Of a stretch of DNA of 36,401 nt, positions 30,458-36,401 are shown one piece after another (within the stretch, counting starts at the first letter, position 1; the number at the start of each line of letters is the position of its first letter). This DNA comes from Campylobacterota bacterium (lineage in GTDB: Bacteria > Campylobacterota > Campylobacteria > Campylobacterales > Sulfurovaceae). A model generated the notes under the pieces. The model had not been told where the DNA came from and made no database searches. It saw only the letters and a program-made list of their open reading frames with translations. The stretch lies in the NCBI GenBank assembly GCA_034722955.1, contig JAYEOM010000095.1, positions 1-36,401 on the forward strand, read 5' to 3'. The position numbers and the translations under genes are program-made.

Positions 30458-31264
30458 TCACCTAGCCTCTTTTATGATAACCTTCGCATACATGCCCGGG
30501 AAGACATTTTTACTCTTCTTGTCGAAAGTCACGCGAATTTTGATCTTGTGTGTCATGGGGTTGGCATCAGGAATAATCGCTTTGATCTTTCCCTCTGTAT
30601 GATACTCTAGTGAAGGGATAATCACTTTAACACTGTCTCCGTTATGAACATGTTTCATGATCCCTTCAGAGATAGAGACATCAATCTCCAAATCCTCTGT
30701 ATCTACCATCATGATAGTAAGCATACCAGGCATAACCATGTCACCTACTTTGATATTCTTCTGGACGATTACACCATCTGACGGTGCTTTCATCTTCAGA
30801 TAGTTAAAGACAGTAGCTAACTGTTTGGCTTTGATGGACATCTGCTCAACCATAACTTGAGAAGTTTCAAGCATCGACTCTGCATTTTCAGCCATAGTGT
30901 TAAGATCATCTAGGTCTGTCATGGGCATCGTATTCTGCTTAGTTTCGAGTTTGTCCTTGCGTCTTTGGAGTACCTCAAGACGCTTTCTCCAAAACTCAAC
31001 AACTATTTTTGCCTGTTCCAATCCCAAATCAGCTTGAGACTTCATGATATCAAACTCTGCTGATTCCATCTCATAAAGATCGTCTTCTCGCTTGACATAA
31101 TCTCCTAGCTTTACATAGACCTTTTTTATATAACCCATATAGCGACTACCAATCATCTTTTGTCCATTGGAGATAACAGTTCCTGTCAAAGTGATTTGAC
31201 TTGCGTTAGCTTGCAAAGAGAGTAAAAAAAGAGTGGTAAATAGTAACTTCTTCAAATGAATCAT
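30458..31264 (-). CDS. RND periplasmic adaptor (membrane fusion protein) 2, paralogue of 25501-26313
   Basis: LTGTVISNGQKMIGSRYMGYIK, KAPSDGVI, NPMTHKIK, FPGMYA; signal peptide; TTG at 31255 is a plausible alternative start. Confidence 0.88.
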   Translation of the reverse strand: MIHLKKLLFTTLFLLSLQANASQITLTGTVISNGQKMIGSRYMGYIKKVYVKLGDYVKREDDLYEMESAEFDIMKSQADLGLEQAKIVVEFWRKRLEVLQRRKDKLETKQNTMPMTDLDDLNTMAENAESMLETSQVMVEQMSIKAKQLATVFNYLKMKAPSDGVIVQKNIKVGDMVMPGMLTIMMVDTEDLEIDVSISEGIMKHVHNGDSVKVIIPSLEYHTEGKIKAIIPDANPMTHKIKIRVTFDKKSKNVFPGMYAKVIIKEAR

Positions 31265-31315
31265 CCTTATTTAATGATAGTTTATTCTAGGACTAGAATT
31301 AAATCATCAATGATA

Positions 31316-31726
31316 CTACCATTTCCTTAATTGTGTATGACACTTCATACATTGTTTAGTGATTTTGGTAAAGGCTTGCAAAGCTTGTGTTGCATCACCA
31401 TCTTTAAATCTCTCTAGTATATCCTTAGCTTTTCTGTTGATTCTTTTTTTGATACTATTGGTCATTTGTACTTTATTGTTAGTATAGCGTGTCATGATAT
31501 CTTTCTCTTCTACCTCTTCTAGTGGTGGCTCAATCTTGACTATAGTATCAGAGAGTTTAGCTGTCCCTACTTGAATCATCTCAAAATTGTTGTAGAAAAA
31601 TCCATTTTGAATATCCTGCATGGCACTTGCCAAACTTTGCATATCTGCTATTCTATCTTGCTGAGTATATGGACCAGCACTCAAAAGTGTTCCTGTCATT
31701 GCTAGGGTTATAACTAATTTTTTCAC
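31316..31726 (-). CDS. Periplasmic monoheme cytochrome c, class II (c'/c556-like)
   Basis: Signal peptide; helical pattern; C-terminal CMKCH; GTG start after AAGGAG. Confidence 0.8.
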   Translation of the reverse strand: MKKLVITLAMTGTLLSAGPYTQQDRIADMQSLASAMQDIQNGFFYNNFEMIQVGTAKLSDTIVKIEPPLEEVEEKDIMTRYTNNKVQMTNSIKKRINRKAKDILERFKDGDATQALQAFTKITKQCMKCHTQLRKW

Positions 31727-31919
31727 TCTTACTCCTTGTAGTATGTGGTTGGTGTAACAAATTGTACCATATAATTATTAATGTATTAATATATTTGAAT
31801 ATATTTATCGATAAACATAATTCAATTTTATCATTTAAGTTCAATTTTAGAGAAAGGTTGCTATAGTTTTCATGCAGAAAGTGCAGAAATTATTTTACAC
31901 CCAATCAGGAGGATTGAAA

Positions 31920-33131
31920 ATGAAGAGAATAGTATTGGCAAGTGCCATCGCCATCGCAAGTATTACAACGGTTCAAGCAGATTTTAGTTTTGGAGATATG
32001 TTCAAGGATATGAAAGATGCTGCAACCTCTATGAGTCATGATGCTCGTGATAGTGTTACTGCTATGAAAGATGGGGCTGTAGAGACTAGTAAGAGTGCAG
32101 AGCGTACAGTTACCAATGTAAGTAAAGATGCAAAAGATTCTGCTGTTAAAGTTTCAGATGATCTGAAGACAAGTGAGATCGCTACAGTCAATAGCTCTGA
32201 GCGTTCAGTTACCAATATTAGTAAAGATGCGAGAGATAGTACTATAGAGATCGCTGAAGATACTAAAGACTCTATCACAAATACTACTAGAGATATGAAA
32301 GATAGCTCTACAATGGCAACAAAAGATTTCAAAGACTCTGCTGTCGCAGTATCTCATGATATCAATGATGCTACAAAGACGGTATCAAATGATTCGAGAG
32401 ACTCTGTAAAAACAGTATCTAATGACTCAAGAGACTCAGTGAAAACAGTATCAAATGATACAACTGACTCTGTCAAAACAGTATCTAATGACTCAAGAGA
32501 CTCTGTGAAGACAGTATCTAACGACTCTAGAGATTCAGTGAAAACAGTTTCAAATGATACAACTGACTCTGTCAAAACAGTATCTAATGACTCAAGAGAC
32601 TCTGTGAAGACAGTATCTAACGACTCTAGAGATTCAGTGAAAACAGTATCAAATGATACAACTGACTCTGTAAAGACAGTATCCAATGACTCAAGAGACT
32701 CTGTGAAAACAGTATCAAATGACTCAAGAGATTCAGTCAAAACAGTTTCAAATGATCTTGATGATGCTACTAAAACAATCTCAAATGACTCAAGAGACTC
32801 AGTCAAAACAATCTCTAATGACTCTAGAGATTCAGTGAAAACAGTATCAAATGATCTTGATGATGCCACTAAAACCATCTCAAATGATACAAGTGACGCA
32901 GTTAAAACAATCTCCAATGACTCTTCAGATGCAGTCAAAACAGTATCAAATGACCTTGATGAGTCTACAAAAACCATCTCTAACAATGTCAATGATTCTA
33001 CAAAAACAGTTTCAAATGACTCAAGAGATTCAGTCAAAACAGTCTCTAATGATGCAAATGATGCTACAAAGAAAGTCTCTGATGATGTAAAGACTAGTAC
33101 AGTTGATGCAAAAGCAGATACGAATAAATAA
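31920..33131 (+). CDS. Secreted Ser/Thr/Asp/Lys-rich protein with 11-aa tandem repeats, function unknown
   Basis: AGGAGG RBS before ATG 31920; Sec signal MKRIVLASAIAIASITTVQA; synonymous variation among repeats; terminator follows. Confidence 0.85.
   Translation: MKRIVLASAIAIASITTVQADFSFGDMFKDMKDAATSMSHDARDSVTAMKDGAVETSKSAERTVTNVSKDAKDSAVKVSDDLKTSEIATVNSSERSVTNISKDARDSTIEIAEDTKDSITNTTRDMKDSSTMATKDFKDSAVAVSHDINDATKTVSNDSRDSVKTVSNDSRDSVKTVSNDTTDSVKTVSNDSRDSVKTVSNDSRDSVKTVSNDTTDSVKTVSNDSRDSVKTVSNDSRDSVKTVSNDTTDSVKTVSNDSRDSVKTVSNDSRDSVKTVSNDLDDATKTISNDSRDSVKTISNDSRDSVKTVSNDLDDATKTISNDTSDAVKTISNDSSDAVKTVSNDLDESTKTISNNVNDSTKTVSNDSRDSVKTVSNDANDATKKVSDDVKTSTVDAKADTNK
32385..33077 (+). repeat. 21 x 33-bp coding tandem repeat (SNDSRDSVKTV consensus) with 99-bp higher-order period
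   Basis: Unit variants SRD,SRD,TTD x3; SRD,SRD,LDD x2; then degenerate units. Confidence 0.95.
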
Positions 33132-33154
33132 GTAAGCCTTTATTTGTAACTTTG

Positions 33155-33189
33155 TGAAACGGCAGTAGTTCTGCCGTTTCATCTTTTTT
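33155..33189 (+). terminator. Rho-independent terminator
   Basis: TGAAACGGCAG-tagtt-CTGCCGTTTCA followed by TCTTTTTT. Confidence 0.8.
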
Positions 33190-33301
33190 CTATCTGTGTG
33201 GTATGCAATGCACGATACCCTACAGATAGAAAAAAAAGAGTTATTAATAATTGACCTCTTGAATATCGTTAACTATTACACACCACATTTAAGGAGAATA
33301 T

Positions 33302-35365
33302 ATGAAATACAAAAACAGATCGTTTATATCCAGCTCATATCTATCAGTCATAGGGCTTGCTACAGCATTAGTATTGAGTTCGAGTACCCCTCTTATTGCA
33401 AGTAGTGGTCAGGATTTGGCACTTGTCGTAACAGTTGATGGAGAGGTAGAAGAGAAATATAATGCTTTTGTAGAGAAGAAGATCAAAAAGATTGGATTTG
33501 TATTGACAGATCCTCATAAGCGTGTCAATGATGGATATAAAAAGAAGTATGGCAGTACGGAGCTCGATATTTTGAGTTTTATGTCAGTATCCAACAAGAA
33601 TGCTATGAGTCCTCTACTTGAGATCGATCCTAGATTGGCAGGTTTTAACCCCTTCAATATGTTGATATATAGAGCAATAGGTGAAAAAAACACCTATATA
33701 GGTCATCTTGCACCAACTGCTATCCTTGATATGATCGGTATCACAGATGAGACGATCCGCAGTGAGTATCCCAAAATGATCGCTCCCCTTGATGCTATGA
33801 TAAAAGAGGAGTTTGGATCAAATATCTCCACAATCAAAATCGAGAAGATGGCAGAGAGAAAAATGATGAATTTTGAGATTCCTTTTGAGCGACCGGAAGA
33901 TCTTGATGATTTTATTGATGAATTTCAAGAGAAGTTCGAAGAGGAGTTTGAAGAGAAGAAGTATATTATAGCCGGCTTCTTTAACTACAAAGAGAGCTTT
34001 GATGATATAGATAGATTGCCATCTTATGACGCATTCTGGGTCTACTCTCTCTGCCATTTCAAATTTTCATATACTGTTTTTGACAACAAAGGCGGTAGAC
34101 CGGATGCCGGACTCTTCGCTCCTTGTTCTATGTATATGTATATCAAAAAAGATAGCAATGTTCTTGTTGTCGGTATGCCAAGACTTGCCAATTGGGCAGC
34201 AACTCTTGGCATAAAAGATAAAAATAGACTCTCCTTGGTAGAGCAGCTAGACAAAGAGATTCCTGAGATCATGATCAGCTTGGGAGCTAAAGAGGTTGAA
34301 AATGTCAATCCCATGAAAGAGACTCCTGCTCCATTGAATAAAAAAACCAAATCTGCTAAAACCGCAGAGCCTGCGAAAGCAGTAGAAGCTCAAGCAGAAT
34401 CTAATAATAGTGTGATTATCAATATCCCCAAAGTCACGAAGCCTGTAGAGGCAGTGAAAGTTATCACAGTTGGCGGAAATGAACCGGTAAAAGAGAATGA
34501 GAGTCTCTATAAGACTAGAGCTATTGTCGTAAAGGTGAGTGCACCACCTAAGGCAGCAGAGGCAGAAAAGCCTAAAAAAAGTAGTGGTGATACAAAGGTC
34601 GGAGAGGTAAAAAATAGTCGTGTGAGTACATATCTAAGGGGACCTCTCATGAGCGTAGATGCTGTCAAGAAATCATTGACAGATTCAGGATTTACTATCC
34701 TCTCTGCAGCTACTATCGATAAAAAAGGTCAATTGACATCTATCGTCTTCACCAATGATGCACTAGCGAAGATGGCAAACAAAGAGAATAGAGGATTCGC
34801 TGCATCACTGAGAGTCTTGGTTGATGAGAAGAATAAGCAGATATCCATCACCAATCCACTCTATATAGCAAGAGGGTTTCTCCAAGATGACTTTGATGCA
34901 GATGCAGTAAAGCCAGTACTTGAAAATGTCAGAAAAGCATTTCCTGATCTTAAAGACTCTGATGATATGTTAAAATTCCATCTTCTTCCAAAGTATCATT
35001 TTATGATATCTATGCCATATTATGAAGATATGATCACTATAGCAAAAGGTGATAGTACACAAGCACTATTGGCAAAAGCCAAAGCAAAAAGCAAAAATAT
35101 TGTTTTCATTCAATCTCTCTCTAAAGATCGCGTATTGATCGGAATTAAACTAGGAAAGAGAACTTCCAAATTTGTGAAAAAGATAGGTGTAAAGAATGGT
35201 GCACTGCTCCCTTATCCTGTCTTGATAGAGGATGGAGAAGCCAAGATACTAGATCCAAAATATTATATTGCAATGATGTATCCTATGTTGAAAATGTCTG
35301 AATTTATGACTATCTCTACTGTTCCGGGTGCTATAGAGCAAGATAGTGAAAATCTATTTAGATAG
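33302..35365 (+). CDS. Exported multi-domain protein with DUF302-like domains and a Pro/Ala/Lys/Glu-rich linker
   Basis: N-terminal hydrophobic signal; DPRLAGFNPFNMLIY, SLCH..AGLFAPCSMYMY, ALLPYPVLI resemble the DUF302 LPC-type motif; AAGGAG RBS. Confidence 0.65.
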   Translation: MKYKNRSFISSSYLSVIGLATALVLSSSTPLIASSGQDLALVVTVDGEVEEKYNAFVEKKIKKIGFVLTDPHKRVNDGYKKKYGSTELDILSFMSVSNKNAMSPLLEIDPRLAGFNPFNMLIYRAIGEKNTYIGHLAPTAILDMIGITDETIRSEYPKMIAPLDAMIKEEFGSNISTIKIEKMAERKMMNFEIPFERPEDLDDFIDEFQEKFEEEFEEKKYIIAGFFNYKESFDDIDRLPSYDAFWVYSLCHFKFSYTVFDNKGGRPDAGLFAPCSMYMYIKKDSNVLVVGMPRLANWAATLGIKDKNRLSLVEQLDKEIPEIMISLGAKEVENVNPMKETPAPLNKKTKSAKTAEPAKAVEAQAESNNSVIINIPKVTKPVEAVKVITVGGNEPVKENESLYKTRAIVVKVSAPPKAAEAEKPKKSSGDTKVGEVKNSRVSTYLRGPLMSVDAVKKSLTDSGFTILSAATIDKKGQLTSIVFTNDALAKMANKENRGFAASLRVLVDEKNKQISITNPLYIARGFLQDDFDADAVKPVLENVRKAFPDLKDSDDMLKFHLLPKYHFMISMPYYEDMITIAKGDSTQALLAKAKAKSKNIVFIQSLSKDRVLIGIKLGKRTSKFVKKIGVKNGALLPYPVLIEDGEAKILDPKYYIAMMYPMLKMSEFMTISTVPGAIEQDSENLFR

Positions 35366-35397
35366 TGTATACTATCGATACAAATGAAGGAGAAAGA

Positions 35398-35802
35398 ATG
35401 AAAAAAAATCTACTCGTGCTAGTTTTGGCAAGTGGTGTGCTATTGGCACAAGATGCGGTAAAAGTCGATCAGAAGAGAAATATGCAGGAGCTAGAGGTAG
35501 CAATGGCAGTGATCCAGAGAGGATTTCTCTACAATGATCCTGATTTGGTCAAAGGCGGAGTCATCAGTCTCCAAAAGAGAATCAACCACATAGAGCCACC
35601 GAGTAAAGAGGATGAAGTGCTATTGGGCAAAGGGAATACTTATAGTTATAAGTATGCCAAAAAACAGGCATCAAAGATATCTGTACTCTCCCAAGAGATC
35701 TTGACTCACTATGAGATGAATGAGAAGTATACAGCTATGAGTCGATACAAAGATACACTCAAACAGTGTTTGGCATGCCATAAAAAAATCAGAAAGTGGT
35801 AA
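35398..35802 (+). CDS. Periplasmic monoheme cytochrome c, class II-like, paralogue of 31316-31726
   Basis: GAAGGAGA RBS then ATG 35398; signal peptide; IQRGFLYN, IEPP, QCLACHKKIRKW. Confidence 0.8.
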   Translation: MKKNLLVLVLASGVLLAQDAVKVDQKRNMQELEVAMAVIQRGFLYNDPDLVKGGVISLQKRINHIEPPSKEDEVLLGKGNTYSYKYAKKQASKISVLSQEILTHYEMNEKYTAMSRYKDTLKQCLACHKKIRKW

Positions 35803-35983
35803 AGTAGAAGATTGCAGGTTTGATACTGCCAAACATCATATTTATAAGATTGGGTGCTATTAAAATATTGTTTGGTAGTATCAAGCCTGCAAAAATCATC
35901 AGCTTTCACCCCCCCTACCCTAGCCTGTCGAAAAACCCCCATTCCACCCAATAATCCATTCCATAGTATAAGGCTACCCAAAA

Positions 35984-36233
35984 CTACGGGTCAGGCGTTG
36001 AATATACACTTTTTTATGCTATACTACAAAAAAGTAAAAAGGTCAGTCAATACCAAGAGGTAAAGGTAAAGTGGTCAAAAAGCATTTTGCGAAACAAGAG
36101 AGATAATGCCATAATAACAGCACTAAAAGATGGGTATACCCAAGCGAAGATTGCTAAGTTTATTGGGGTTTCTCGATTTTTGGTTTGTAAGATTTTGAAA
36201 GGAAGTGGTGTATATTCAACGCCTGACCCGTAG
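35984..36233. mobile_element. 250-bp non-autonomous element / transposase remnant bounded by perfect 26-bp inverted repeats
   Basis: CTACGGGTCAGGCGTTGAATATACAC (35984-36009) and its exact reverse complement (36208-36233); no target-site duplication seen. Confidence 0.7.
36087..36233 (+). pseudogene. HTH-like coding fragment, probably the C-terminus of a RAYT/IS200-like transposase
   Basis: LRNKRDNAIITALKDGYTQAKIAKFIGVSRFLVCKILKGSGVYSTPDP*; HTH pattern; stop lies inside the right inverted repeat; no HUH catalytic domain present. Confidence 0.55.
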
Positions 36234-36401
36234 AATGGTAGAATGAAGTATTTAGCTAGAAAAATGGAGGCATTTTATATCGAAGGTAACTTTGCCTACA
36301 CTGAGTAAATCCCAAAATAGGATTCTTGTCAAGGGTTTGCTAATTTTACTTGAACATGATATGATATGTATGATTTTGTACATCTAAAGGATATGTAATG
36401 A

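Noticed and set aside
32036..33037. Antisense ORFs 32036-32332 and 32354-33037
   Set aside because: Shadows of the repeat gene, which has the RBS, signal peptide and terminator on the + strand
32385..33077. 33-bp periodic array as a possible CRISPR
   Set aside because: Units are contiguous with no unique spacers, stay in frame and vary synonymously; no cas genes
33196..33405. 69-aa + strand ORF
   Set aside because: Out-of-frame overlap with the start of the 687-aa gene; no RBS or motifs
35709..36063. ORFs 35709-35981(-) and 35854-36063(+)
   Set aside because: No RBS or motifs; they overlap the cytochrome end or the inverted repeat
36346..36399. Possible 3' end of a minus-strand gene entering from the right edge (ITYPLDVQNHTYHIMFK*)
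   Set aside because: Too short to support without downstream sequence

Overview
36.4 kb AT-rich window that reads as a chemolithoautotrophic Campylobacterota genome (Sulfurovum/Sulfurimonas-like; inferred from gene content and gene order). (1) 1-13.6 kb is a reductive/oxidative TCA cluster: monomeric icd (partial), mdh, two-subunit Fe-S fumarate hydratase, sucCD and oorDABC. Inserted in it is an unexpected three-gene unit: ETF:quinone oxidoreductase, a single-chain EtfB-EtfA fusion with bifurcating-type motifs, and a second mdh. The two MDH paralogues differ at the cofactor-discriminating position (Gly-Arg, NADP-type, versus Asp, NAD-type). No acyl-CoA dehydrogenase is present. This is the best candidate for an undescribed system, possibly a malate-linked NAD(P)H shuttle feeding flavin bifurcation that makes reduced ferredoxin for Oor. 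(2) 13.6-14.6 kb holds a PD-(D/E)XK-like coiled-coil gene flanked by REP-like hairpins. (3) 14.6-23.9 kb is the housekeeping block HIT/pheS-pheT-aroA-ispH-rpsA-serA. (4) 24-35.8 kb is an envelope cluster: TolC, MFP, a split two-gene RND permease, efp, a second MFP, two paralogous cytochrome c'-like proteins, a secreted 11-aa-repeat protein and a multi-DUF302-like protein. (5) About 36 kb there is a 250-bp element with perfect 26-bp terminal inverted repeats carrying an HTH-like coding remnant. All functional calls come from motif recognition by eye; no database searches were run.
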